The notes: generated from the sequence alone by a model not told the origin. A stretch of 51,841 nucleotides of DNA from Casimicrobiaceae bacterium (GCA_035711225.1 DASTCK010000025.1:1-51841); one strand, 5' to 3'; counted from the first letter of the stretch, positions 39,076-48,197 are shown. A program made the numbers and translations.

Positions 39076-39900
39076 TCACGCCGCCAGGGCTTCGATCGTC
39101 GGCAGGAACGCCGCGTCGCCGAGCTCGCGCATCACCAGCCGCGCGAGCTCTCCGTCGGTCCGCGGCGCCATGCCCGCCGGGAACACGCGCAGGAAGCGCG
39201 CGAGCGGCTCGGCGCCACGCCGGGCGTAGGCGTGCACGGCATCGCGCGTCGCTTCGATGCGCTCGACCACGTCGCGCACGCCGGCGTCGGCGAGCGCGTA
39301 CGACGGAGGCAGCGCCGCGCCGACCGTCTCGGCGAGGTGCGCCTGCACGGCGAGCGCGTCCGGATCGGCTTCCGCCAGCGTGACGATCCTCGCGTAGGCG
39401 CCGAATGCATTGGCGATCCAGCGGCGCGGGAACGCGCTGCCGGCCGCCGAGGCGAGCGCAGCGGCATAGGCGTCGATCGCGAACGTGTGCGCGATCGGCG
39501 ACAGGTCGAGGGGACCGGCGGCGCGCCCCATCGACTTGCGGAGCAGCAGGCGCGAGCGCTGCGGCAGACGGTCGTCCAGCATGCGCGCGAGCTCGCGCCA
39601 GCCCGGGCAGGGCTCGGCGGGGATCCACAGCGTCGACTCGGGACGCAGCGAGCGGGCGCCGATGCACGGGCCGTCGACGACCAGCACGCGCACCGGCACC
39701 GTCACGCCGAGCCGGCGCGCGAGCACCTCGCGGGCGCGGTGGACGGACAGCGCGACGGCGTTGGCGGCCGTTTCGGCGTCGGGGGCGTGGCGCACCTGGA
39801 ACGGCGTCCAGGCGAGCGGCGTCCAGCGCTCGGCCGGCATCCCCATCGAGGGGACGGTCGGCAGGTGGCGCTCGGGATGGGCTTCGACATAGCTGTTCAT
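39076..39900 (-). CDS. Hypothetical protein (274 aa), possible inactive gluzincin-like fold
   Basis: Codon bias; LDLSP...FPRRW segment reminiscent of peptidase MA-like proteins but no HExxH. Confidence 0.65.
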   Translation of the reverse strand: MNSYVEAHPERHLPTVPSMGMPAERWTPLAWTPFQVRHAPDAETAANAVALSVHRAREVLARRLGVTVPVRVLVVDGPCIGARSLRPESTLWIPAEPCPGWRELARMLDDRLPQRSRLLLRKSMGRAAGPLDLSPIAHTFAIDAYAAALASAAGSAFPRRWIANAFGAYARIVTLAEADPDALAVQAHLAETVGAALPPSYALADAGVRDVVERIEATRDAVHAYARRGAEPLARFLRVFPAGMAPRTDGELARLVMRELGDAAFLPTIEALAA

Positions 39901-39955
39901 GGCGGTCTTTCGTGGCAGGCGATCGGTGAACGGGCCGCATGGTGCAGCGCAGCGT

Positions 39956-40122
39956 CTGGCGGATCGCTCACCGATCGGGGGCGAAGATTCGCGTGGCGCT
40001 CGGATCCGATAAATCATTGATTTATTTATGCTATCGGCCGACCTGACGCCGCGGCAGCGTGGCGGCGGCAAGACGCGCGACCGACTTTCGGACGACTGAC
40101 GGATCGCTGACCGCGGGCTGAC
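39956..40122 (-). promoter_or_regulatory. Putative SARP/BTAD operator boxes plus IHF site
   Basis: CTGAC at 40096, 40107, 40118 (11-bp period); related box CTGGC-ggatcg-CTCAC at 39956-39971; minus-strand AATCAAtgatTTA at 40010-40022 matches IHF WATCAA-N4-TTR. Confidence 0.6.
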
Positions 40123-40174
40123 GCAGGCTGCGGCCGGTCCCCGCGACGAGGGGCCCGAGGGTGCGACGCCGTGG

Positions 40175-43100
40175 TCAGAGGGTCGCGAGGGTGCGGCGGA
40201 CCGCCTCGGTCTCCGCGGCGGGAGCGCGGCCGAGGACGATCGACAGGAGCTCCCGGCAGCGGCGGTAGGTGAGCATCGCGCCCGCCGCGTCGCCGAGCTC
40301 GCGCTGGCAGACCATGAGCCGCCGGTAGACCGCTTCGGCGAGGTTGTCGCGCTCGAGCACCGCCTCGTACAGCGCTCGCGCGCCCGCATAGTCGCCGCGG
40401 GCCTCGCAGGCCTCGGCCTCGGCGGTCACGGCGCGGACGAGCCGCGTCTTCAGCCGATCGCGGGCGCGCGCTGCCCACGGCAGCGTCGCCTCGTCGGCGA
40501 GGAAGTCGCCGCGAGCGAGCGCGAGCGCGCGCGTCGCCGGCAGCGTGCCGTCGTCGAGGATCGCGTCGAGCGCCAGCGCGTCGACCCACACGAGCGCGGG
40601 GTCGAGCGTGAGCTTGCCTTCCGAGAGCTGGATCGCGCCGTCCACGTCGACCAGCTTGCGAAGCCGGTAGAGCGTGCTGTCGAACGACGCCTTCGCATCG
40701 TCGCCCTCGGCCTCCGGCCACAGGAGCGCGGTCAGCATCGCGGTGTCGACGCGGCGCCCCCCGTGCGCCACCAGCGCCTTCAGGAGCTCGAGCGGCTTCT
40801 TCTGCGCCTTGCCGCGCGAGACGACCGGCTCACCGTGGCGCAGCAGCTCGAAGCGGCCGAACGTGCGGATCGCGAGCGGCCACGGCCAGTCGACGAGGTC
40901 GGGGGAAGGCGCCGGAAGCTGGCGCAGCCGCACCAGCGTGCGCGTGTAGTCGGGCTCGATGCCGCGCCCGAGCGCGAGCGCCACGAGCCTCGACACGCCG
41001 TGCGGCGTCTGCCGCATGAAGCCGTAGAACTTCGCCTCGCGGCAGGCCGCGAACAGGGTGCGAAGGATAGCGATCGCCGCCGCCTCGTCGCCCGCCTCGA
41101 GCGCGAAATGGGCGCGCGCGAGGTCGCGGTGGAACGAGAAGCTGCGCCGGTCCACCGGCGCCGCCTGCGCGAGAGCCTCGTCGTAGCGCGCGAGCGCCTC
41201 GTCCCGACGGCCCGCGGCGACCAGTGCATGCGCGCCGAGCATCATCAGGTGCGGGACCTGCATCGCCGGCATGCCGACCTCGCGCGCGATCTCGACCGCG
41301 ACGCGCGACTTCTCCGCGGACTCGTTCGCCCGTCCGTTGATCAGCAGGAGGATCGCCTCCTGGTGGCGGAAATAGGCGACGTCCATCCGGCGCGCCGGGT
41401 TGAGCACCGAGCGGAGCTTCTCGAGCGCGGCCTCGGCGCCGGCGAGGTCCCGCGCGGCCGAGGCGGCGCTCACGTCAGCGTGGTAGATCTCGAAGAGCAC
41501 CGACGACAGGCCGTGCTCGCGCGCGATCGCCTCCGCCTCGGCCATGCGCTTGCGCGCCTTCGCGTACTGGCGCGTGATCTGCTCGTGGAACGCGAGGTGG
41601 ACGAGGAACCAGACGCGGTTGAGCGGCGTCGCCTGCGGGTCGTCGAGCCACGGCAGCGCGAGCGCGATGAGCGCGTCCGCCGACTCGCCCTTGGTGGCCC
41701 AGTTGTAGTAGTTGAACAGCACCGAGGCGGCCGACAGGCGCACGTTCACCGGCGCGGCGGCGATCGCGTCGCTCGCCAGCAGGCTCGCCACCGCGTGCGC
41801 GTGCGCGGCGAGCTCCGGATGCGCGGGCTGGCGGAACAGGATCGCGAGCAGCAGGCTCGCGCGCACGCGGAGCTCCTCGGCCGGCGAGCGCAGCGGCTCG
41901 CCCGAGGCGAGCCCCCGCTCGAGCACGCCGATCCAGCGGTCGAGCGGCGCGAAGTCGGCCCACTCGTGGTAGTGGCAGTCGATCGACGCCGCGGCGGCCA
42001 GCATCGCGCCGCGGACGTCGCCCGCCGCGGCGAACGCGTCGTGCGCGCGTGCGAGCAGGGACTTCGCGAGCGTCGGATCTCCGTAGACGTGCGTGACGGC
42101 GAGCGCGTACACGAGCGCCGGGTCGTCGTCGCGAAGCGCGGGCGGCAGCGCGACGATCCAGTCGCGCAGCCGCTCGTGCCGCCCTTCGCCGATCAGGCGC
42201 ACCGACTGGTCGCGCGCGAGCGCGGCGAGGTCGTTCCACGCCCCGGCCTCGCGGTAGATCGCGGCCGCCGCGTCGACGTCGCCGCGGTCGACGAGCATCC
42301 GCGCCGCGCCGGCGAGCGCGGCGCGGCGCTCCTCCTCGGGCAGGCGCGCGCGCCCCTCGGCGAGCAGGAACTCGCGGAACAGCCCGTGGAAGTGGTAGAC
42401 GTTGCGCTCGCCCGCGCGCCGGCGATCGACGAAGAGGTGACGGCGGTACAGGTGCTCGAGCAGGCGCTGCGCCTCGGGATTGCCCGACAGCGCCTGCGCG
42501 TCCTCGGCCGTCACCGAAGGCAGCAACGCCGCGAGCATCAGCGTGCGGCGGTTCTCGGGCCGCGCGCGCGCGAAGATCTCGCCGGTGAAGTACGCGAACA
42601 CCGACTCGCGGCTGTCGTCGAGCGCCGAGGTATCGCGGAGCGGTTGCGCGTCGGCGATCGTGAGGCGCGACAGGTGCTCGCGCATCAGCACGAGCCCCGC
42701 GGCCCACCCGTCGCTCGCGCGGTGGATCGCCTCGACGATCGCGGGCGTCTCGCCCACCCGGCCGACGACGTCCGCCGCCTCCGCGGCGGTGAAGCGCAGC
42801 GACTCCCAGCCGAGGCGGACCATCGCCTGCGACGCGAGGAGCCGGCTCATCTCCGGCGGCGGCTCGGCGCGCGACAGGATCATCATGTTGACGCCCGCCG
42901 GCAGCTCGCCCAGCGCATCGGAGAACGCCGCCCGCCACTCCGGCGCGCCGGCCGCCTCGTGGAAATTGTCCACGACGAAGATCGAGCCCGACGGGAACAG
43001 TGCGTAGAACTCGCGCATGAAGCGCCGCGTGAACGCCGCGAGGTCGTTCGCGTACCCCGGGTTCCAGCGCGGGAGCGCGGACGCCTTGCGCGCGCCGCGC

Positions 43101-43372
43101 GCGCCGCCGAGCGTGGCGGCGGCGATGCCGACGTAGTGGAAGAACGTCGCGGGATCGCTGTCGCCGATGTCCGCCTGGAACCACAGGCCCGGCGCGCGCC
43201 GCGACTCGAGGTAGCTCGCGACGAGCGTCGACTTGCCGGCGCCGGGCGGCCCGGCGATGAAGACGATCGGGTGGGCGCGCGCCTCGTCGAGCGCGCGGAA
43301 CAGGCGGTCGCGCTTGACGACCGCGTAGAGTCGCGGCCGGCTGAACTTGGCTAGCGTCGGGGCGTTCGACAT
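40175..43372 (-). CDS. MalT-like STAND ATPase-TPR transcriptional regulator with C-terminal wHTH and BTAD domains
   Basis: KFSRPRL..VVKRDRL, Walker A GPPGAGKST, Walker B FVVDNFHE, SDGWAAGL, YHFHGLFREFL, helical repeats, IRTFGRF..LWPE..LYRLRK, AEAVYRRLM...YRRC. Confidence 0.9.
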   Translation of the reverse strand: MSNAPTLAKFSRPRLYAVVKRDRLFRALDEARAHPIVFIAGPPGAGKSTLVASYLESRRAPGLWFQADIGDSDPATFFHYVGIAAATLGGARGARKASALPRWNPGYANDLAAFTRRFMREFYALFPSGSIFVVDNFHEAAGAPEWRAAFSDALGELPAGVNMMILSRAEPPPEMSRLLASQAMVRLGWESLRFTAAEAADVVGRVGETPAIVEAIHRASDGWAAGLVLMREHLSRLTIADAQPLRDTSALDDSRESVFAYFTGEIFARARPENRRTLMLAALLPSVTAEDAQALSGNPEAQRLLEHLYRRHLFVDRRRAGERNVYHFHGLFREFLLAEGRARLPEEERRAALAGAARMLVDRGDVDAAAAIYREAGAWNDLAALARDQSVRLIGEGRHERLRDWIVALPPALRDDDPALVYALAVTHVYGDPTLAKSLLARAHDAFAAAGDVRGAMLAAAASIDCHYHEWADFAPLDRWIGVLERGLASGEPLRSPAEELRVRASLLLAILFRQPAHPELAAHAHAVASLLASDAIAAAPVNVRLSAASVLFNYYNWATKGESADALIALALPWLDDPQATPLNRVWFLVHLAFHEQITRQYAKARKRMAEAEAIAREHGLSSVLFEIYHADVSAASAARDLAGAEAALEKLRSVLNPARRMDVAYFRHQEAILLLINGRANESAEKSRVAVEIAREVGMPAMQVPHLMMLGAHALVAAGRRDEALARYDEALAQAAPVDRRSFSFHRDLARAHFALEAGDEAAAIAILRTLFAACREAKFYGFMRQTPHGVSRLVALALGRGIEPDYTRTLVRLRQLPAPSPDLVDWPWPLAIRTFGRFELLRHGEPVVSRGKAQKKPLELLKALVAHGGRRVDTAMLTALLWPEAEGDDAKASFDSTLYRLRKLVDVDGAIQLSEGKLTLDPALVWVDALALDAILDDGTLPATRALALARGDFLADEATLPWAARARDRLKTRLVRAVTAEAEACEARGDYAGARALYEAVLERDNLAEAVYRRLMVCQRELGDAAGAMLTYRRCRELLSIVLGRAPAAETEAVRRTLATL

Positions 43373-43405
43373 GCGGGTCCGGGGGCGACGACCCTCGGGG
43401 ACCCG

Positions 43406-44023
43406 CTACGTTACCTTCGGCCGACGACTCCGTTCAACGCCGCCGGCGAGCGCCGCGACGCGTGCCGCCAGCGACTCCACCCGCGCGTCGAGCGCGGCGA
43501 CCTCGCGCGAGAACGCATCGACGTCGTGACGCTGCGCGACCAGGTCCGCCTCGCCGGCGAATTGACCGAGGCTCGCCGCCGCGTGGCCCGAGAGCGCGGC
43601 CGGGATCGCGAGCAGCGTGCGGCCGGCGTCGGCGAGCGCTTGGCCGGCGATCGGCCCGAACACGGCGGCGAAGGCGCGCTCGACGAACCATGGCGCCGTC
43701 TGCGCGATCGCCTCGAGCGTGGCGGCGAGCGCTGCGTCGCCTTCGGCGCGGACGTCCTGCCGGAAGCGGGAGGGGTCCGCCGCCACCGCCGGCAGCGCCA
43801 GCGGCGAGACCTTCAGGCGCAGCGCCACGTCGGCGTCGCGCGGGGCGGGGGCGAACGTGCCGTCGGCGCCGATCAGGAATGCCGCCTCGAGCGGACCGGA
43901 CACGACGGCGAACGACTGCCCGGCGTGCACCGCGAGCTGGTCGCGCGCCCACGCCTCGCCGGCCAGCGCGCGGTTGGCCGCGCGCGCGGCCAGCGACCCG
44001 GGCGTGCGGGCCCGCCCGGTCAC
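43406..44023 (-). CDS. ubiJ: Ubiquinone biosynthesis accessory factor UbiJ (SCP2-like)
   Basis: ANRAL..EAWA...L..HAG, V.AEGDAALA, C-terminal coiled coil; ubiE-Tim44-ubiJ context. Confidence 0.75.
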   Translation of the reverse strand: MTGRARTPGSLAARAANRALAGEAWARDQLAVHAGQSFAVVSGPLEAAFLIGADGTFAPAPRDADVALRLKVSPLALPAVAADPSRFRQDVRAEGDAALAATLEAIAQTAPWFVERAFAAVFGPIAGQALADAGRTLLAIPAALSGHAAASLGQFAGEADLVAQRHDVDAFSREVAALDARVESLAARVAALAGGVERSRRPKVT

Positions 44024-45006
44024 GAAGGCATCACTTGCTGCTGGATGCCGGCGATCAGCCAGCCGGTCGTCCCGTCGACGGGCTTCACCAGGTTCCACAC
44101 CTCGTCGAACGGCTCGAGGACGCCGCCTTCCCGGGCGGTGCCGGCAAAGCGGACGCTCACCCAATGCCTGTCGCGCTCGGTCGCGACGTCCACGACCTCG
44201 GCGTCGACCTCGACGATCTCGGTCGGGCGCGCGGCCCCGCTCGCGTCCATCTCGCGGACGATCTCCCGGTGGAGCTCGGGGGTCATCACCTCGGCGAGCG
44301 CCTTCGCGTCATGCCGGTCATGGGCTGCCTGGACGGCCAGGAACTGCTTGCGCGCTTCGCGGGCGAAGCCGGCCGCATCGAAGCCGGCCGGCACCGATCC
44401 GCGCATCGGCGCGCTGCCCGTGTGAGCGACGGTCGGCTCGATCCGCGCCGGCGGCGGAGCCTGCGTCTCGTAACCTCCGGGCGTCGTGCCGAGCCCGGCG
44501 CCCGCCCCGGCATAGGGCATCGCGGCGCGCATCGGGGTGCGCCGCGACAGCACGAGCCGCGCGACGACGACGGCCGCCATCACGAGGAGGCCGATCAGCA
44601 GGAGGCTCATGAGCTCCTCGGAGAAGCCCAGGTGCGCGGCGAGCGCCGCCAGCCCGAGCCCGGCGGCCAGCCCGGCGACCGGGCCGAGCCAGCTCGAGCG
44701 GGCCGACGCGGGCGCCGCGGCGGCGCCCGTCGGCCGCGGCGCCGAGGTCGCGGCGGCATTGGGCGGCATGACCGGATTGCTGGCGGGACCGGCGCCCGGC
44801 GGTGTCGCCGGGGCGGCGTTGGTGGCGGTGCCGCCCGCCGGCGCGCCGGCCTGCGACGGCGGCGTGGCGGGTTGCGTCGGGGTCGAGCCCGGGCGCTGCA
44901 CGCCAAGGCTGCGACCGCCCGACAGGCGGCGGGCGTCGGCGAGATCCGCGGCCACGAAGGCGGCCAGGGCGGCGACGGCGAGTCCAACGGCGAGACGGTG
45001 GTTCAC
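44020..45006 (-). CDS. Tim44-like domain membrane protein
   Basis: ARRLSGGRSLG.QR, WLGPVAGLAAGLGLAAL, SVRF.G, FDEVWNLVKP..GWLIAGIQQ. Confidence 0.9.
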   Translation of the reverse strand: MNHRLAVGLAVAALAAFVAADLADARRLSGGRSLGVQRPGSTPTQPATPPSQAGAPAGGTATNAAPATPPGAGPASNPVMPPNAAATSAPRPTGAAAAPASARSSWLGPVAGLAAGLGLAALAAHLGFSEELMSLLLIGLLVMAAVVVARLVLSRRTPMRAAMPYAGAGAGLGTTPGGYETQAPPPARIEPTVAHTGSAPMRGSVPAGFDAAGFAREARKQFLAVQAAHDRHDAKALAEVMTPELHREIVREMDASGAARPTEIVEVDAEVVDVATERDRHWVSVRFAGTAREGGVLEPFDEVWNLVKPVDGTTGWLIAGIQQQVMPS

Positions 45007-45089
45007 GAGCGATCTCCAGCTGGTGTTCGATGAACCCGCGCCGCGACGGCCGCGGGTGCGTAAGGCCCCGGCCGGCGCGCGGCGGCGCG

Positions 45090-45827
45090 TCAGTAGACGC
45101 GCCCCACGTGCAACGCGACCACGCCGGCGGTGAGGTTGTGGTATTCGACCGACTCGAAGCCCGCCTGTTCCATCATCGCCTTCAGCGCTTCCTGGTCGGG
45201 ATGCATGCGGATCGATTCCGCGAGGTAACGATAGCTCGCTTCGTCGCCGGCGACCAGCCTCCCGAGGCGCGGCAGCACCGAGAACGAGTACCAGTCGTAC
45301 GCCGGCGCGAGCGGCGCGGCGACCTTCGAGAACTCGAGGACCACCGCGACGCCGCCCGGCGCGAGGACGCGGCGCATCTCGGCGAGCGCGTTCTCCTTGC
45401 GCGTCACGTTGCGCAGCCCGAACCCGATCGACACGACGTCGAACGCGCCGTCGCGGAACGGCAGCCGCTCCGCGTCGCATTGCACGACGTCGAGAGCGAG
45501 GCCGCGGTCGATCAGCTTGTCGCGACCCTCCGCGAGCATCGCGCCGTTGATGTCGGTCAGGACGACCCGCCCGGTCGGGCCGGCAGCGTCGGCGAACAGT
45601 CGCGCGAGATCGCCGGTGCCGCCGGCGAGATCGAGGACGCGCGCGCCCGGGCGGACGGCGGCCGCGCCGACCGCGTAGCGCTTCCACAGCCGGTGGAGGC
45701 CGCCGGACATCAGGTCGTTCATGATGTCGTAGCGGCGCGCGACCGACTCGAACACGCCGCGCACGCGGCGCGACTTCTCGTCGGGCGCGACGCGCTCGTA
45801 GCCGAAGTCGACCGGCTCGTCGCTCAT
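45090..45827 (-). CDS. ubiE: Ubiquinone/menaquinone C-methyltransferase UbiE
   Basis: [44 protein letters not shown]. Confidence 0.98.
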   Translation of the reverse strand: MSDEPVDFGYERVAPDEKSRRVRGVFESVARRYDIMNDLMSGGLHRLWKRYAVGAAAVRPGARVLDLAGGTGDLARLFADAAGPTGRVVLTDINGAMLAEGRDKLIDRGLALDVVQCDAERLPFRDGAFDVVSIGFGLRNVTRKENALAEMRRVLAPGGVAVVLEFSKVAAPLAPAYDWYSFSVLPRLGRLVAGDEASYRYLAESIRMHPDQEALKAMMEQAGFESVEYHNLTAGVVALHVGRVY

Positions 45828-45988
45828 GGATTGCGCCGCTCGTCGCCGAGCGCCTTGACGAACAGGAGGTCGAACGCGCCCCCCACCACGAGCGCGACGA
45901 TCCCGGCGGTCGTGTAGCCGTTCATGAAGAGAAGGACGGCCGCGACGACGCACACGGTGCCCAGGCCGAGCGCGAGGAGCTTGTTCAC
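45824..45988 (-). CDS. Small two-TM protein (54 aa), not in the ORF track
   Basis: [54 protein letters not shown]; GAGG RBS; stop overlaps ubiE ATG (ATGA). Confidence 0.7.
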   Translation of the reverse strand: MNKLLALGLGTVCVVAAVLLFMNGYTTAGIVALVVGGAFDLLFVKALGDERRNP

Positions 45989-45995
45989 TGCGTCC

Positions 45996-46349
45996 TCACG
46001 CCTTCTCGCGCGTCGCGCCGGCCTGCGCGAGCCGGTCGAGGTAGCGCTTCCACAGCTCGGCGTGGCGCTCGCCGAGGTCGTACAGGTAGTCCCACGAGTA
46101 GATGCCGCTCTCGTGCCCGTCGGAGAACTTCGGCCGGATCGCGTAGTGCCCGACCGCCTCGACCTCGGCGATCTCCACCTCGCGCTTGCCGACCTGCAGC
46201 GTCTCCTGCCCAGGCCCGTGGCCGCGCACCTCGGCGGACGGCGAGTAGACGCGCAGGTACTCGTAGGGGAGCCGGAACGCGCGGCCGTCGTCGAACGCGA
46301 TCTCCAGCACGCGCGAGGCCTGGTGCAGCGTGATGGCGGTGGGGTGCAT
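45996..46349 (-). CDS. DUF971 (gamma-butyrobetaine hydroxylase-like N-terminal) protein
   Basis: EYLRVYSPSAEVRGHG, F.DGH.SGIYSW.YL; usual neighbour of ubiE. Confidence 0.9.
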   Translation of the reverse strand: MHPTAITLHQASRVLEIAFDDGRAFRLPYEYLRVYSPSAEVRGHGPGQETLQVGKREVEIAEVEAVGHYAIRPKFSDGHESGIYSWDYLYDLGERHAELWKRYLDRLAQAGATREKA

Positions 46350-46616
46350 CAGGAGCCGGGAATCAGGAGGTCCGATGACGGTGGCGTCGCGTCGCCTGGC
46401 GCGACGCGAGTCGCGGCGAGCGCTCGACGAAACGAGAGGGACTCACCGCGCATGCGACATTCTACCCGCGGTGAGCACGCCATCGACCGCAAGCCGTCGC
46501 GCTGATCGGGGCGAGGGCAGGTATCCTACAAGCGACTGGATCGTCCGCCCGCGCTCGAAGCGCGGCCCCGGGTGACGGGACGCGACTGTCATCTGACTTC
46601 TGACGCCTGACTCCTG

Positions 46617-48197
46617 GTGAAGCGCCCCGAGTACCTCAGCCAGTCGCCGCTGCGCCACAAGGCGTTTCGCGTCTTCTACGCGGGCGCCATCGGGACCGCG
46701 CTCGGCTACACGATGCAGACGACGGTGGCCGCGTGGCTGATGGCGACGCTGTCGACCTCCCCGGTGATGGTCGCGCTCGTGCAGACGGCGAGCACGGCAC
46801 CGGCGCTTGTCTTCGGGCTCGTCGGCGGCGCGATGGCCGACATCGTCGACCGCCGCAAGGTGATCCTGGCGACGCAGGCGGTGCTGATCGCCGCGACGGC
46901 GCTCCTCGGCGTGCTGACGATCGCCGGCTGGGTCGGGCCCGCGTTGCTGCTGGCGCTCACCTTCCTGGTCGGCGCGGGATTCGCGTTCTACCAGCCCGCG
47001 CAACAGGCGAGCGTCAACGACCTGGTGTCGCGCGCCGAGCTGTCGCAGGCGGTGTCGCTCAACGCCGTGGCGTTCAACGTCTCGCGCGCCATCGGGCCGG
47101 CGTTGGCGGGCGCCGTCACCGCGTGGCTCGGCAGCGGCAGCGCGCTGATCGCGAGCGCGGCGTTCTTCGGCATCATGACCGTCGCCGTGCGCACGCTCAA
47201 GCCGCGCGAGAGCGTGCTGCCCGGCGTCCCCGAGCGATTGCTGTCGGGCGTGCAGATCGGGCTCCGGTACGCACGCCATTCGCCGTCGCTGCGCGCGTTC
47301 ATCCTGCGCACGCTCGCGTTCACCGCGTGCGCCTCGGCGCTGTGGGCGCTCCTGCCGGTCATCGCGCGCGACCAGCTCGGCCTGGGCGCCGGCGGCTACG
47401 GGTTCCTGTTCGGCATGTTCGGCATCGGCGCGGTCGCCGGCGCGGTCTCGATCCCGCACCAGCTGCGGCAGCGCTCGCTCAACCGGGTCGTCTACGCGGG
47501 CACGGTGCTGTGGGCGATGGCGTCGCTGCTGATCGCGTCGTCGACCTGGACGGCGCTCGCGGCCGCCGGCACGTTCTTTTCGGGGGCCGCCTGGGTCACC
47601 GTGCACGCGAGCCTCTCGGCGGGCACGCAGAGCTCGGTCCCCGGCTGGGTGCGTGCGCGCGCCGTCGCGATGAACCTCGTGGCGGTGCAGGCCTGCCTCG
47701 CGCTCGGAAGTCCCGCGTGGGGCGTCGTCGCGTCGTGGAGCGACACGCGCGTGGCGATCGCGGTGTCGGCGGTCATGCTGTTCGTGCTGATCATGCTGGT
47801 GCGCGATGTCCGCGTGCGCATGGGCAGCGAGGCCGACGTCACGCCGGGGAGCGAGCTGCCCGCGCTCGCGCTCGCCGCGGAGCCGGAGCCCGACGACGGC
47901 CCGGTGCTGATTCAGATCGAGTACCAGGTCGACGCCGCCGACCGCGAGGAATTCCTGCGCGCGATCGCGAAGGTCGGCCCGACGCGCCAGCGCAACGGCG
48001 CGACGAGCTGGCGCGTGTTCCGCGACCTCGAGACCGAGGGGCGCTTCGTCGAGCGCTACATCATCGAGTCGTGGGCCGAGTACGTGCGGCTGCGCTCGCG
48101 CATGACCGTCGCCGACCGGGCGCTGCAACAGCGCGCGCAGGACCTGCAGAAGCCCGGGGTGCCGGTCCGCGTGTCGCGGTTCCTGGGTGTTCAGTAG
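46617..48197 (+). CDS. MFS transporter (MFS_3-type) with C-terminal soluble domain
   Basis: PL.HK.FR, AWLM..L..SP.MVALVQTA, D.GPVLI.IEY.V, R.RNGA..W, F.E.Y...SWAEY.R. Confidence 0.9.
   Translation: MKRPEYLSQSPLRHKAFRVFYAGAIGTALGYTMQTTVAAWLMATLSTSPVMVALVQTASTAPALVFGLVGGAMADIVDRRKVILATQAVLIAATALLGVLTIAGWVGPALLLALTFLVGAGFAFYQPAQQASVNDLVSRAELSQAVSLNAVAFNVSRAIGPALAGAVTAWLGSGSALIASAAFFGIMTVAVRTLKPRESVLPGVPERLLSGVQIGLRYARHSPSLRAFILRTLAFTACASALWALLPVIARDQLGLGAGGYGFLFGMFGIGAVAGAVSIPHQLRQRSLNRVVYAGTVLWAMASLLIASSTWTALAAAGTFFSGAAWVTVHASLSAGTQSSVPGWVRARAVAMNLVAVQACLALGSPAWGVVASWSDTRVAIAVSAVMLFVLIMLVRDVRVRMGSEADVTPGSELPALALAAEPEPDDGPVLIQIEYQVDAADREEFLRAIAKVGPTRQRNGATSWRVFRDLETEGRFVERYIIESWAEYVRLRSRMTVADRALQQRAQDLQKPGVPVRVSRFLGVQ

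Noticed and set aside
40009-40030. FNR box
   Set aside because: Only the TTGAT half-site matches; the IHF consensus fits fully
40175-43372. STAND protein as an Avs-type antiphage defence NTPase
   Set aside because: It has a MalT-type N-terminus and a DNA-binding wHTH-BTAD output with no nuclease, TIR, SIR2 or protease effector; a transcription activator is the simpler reading
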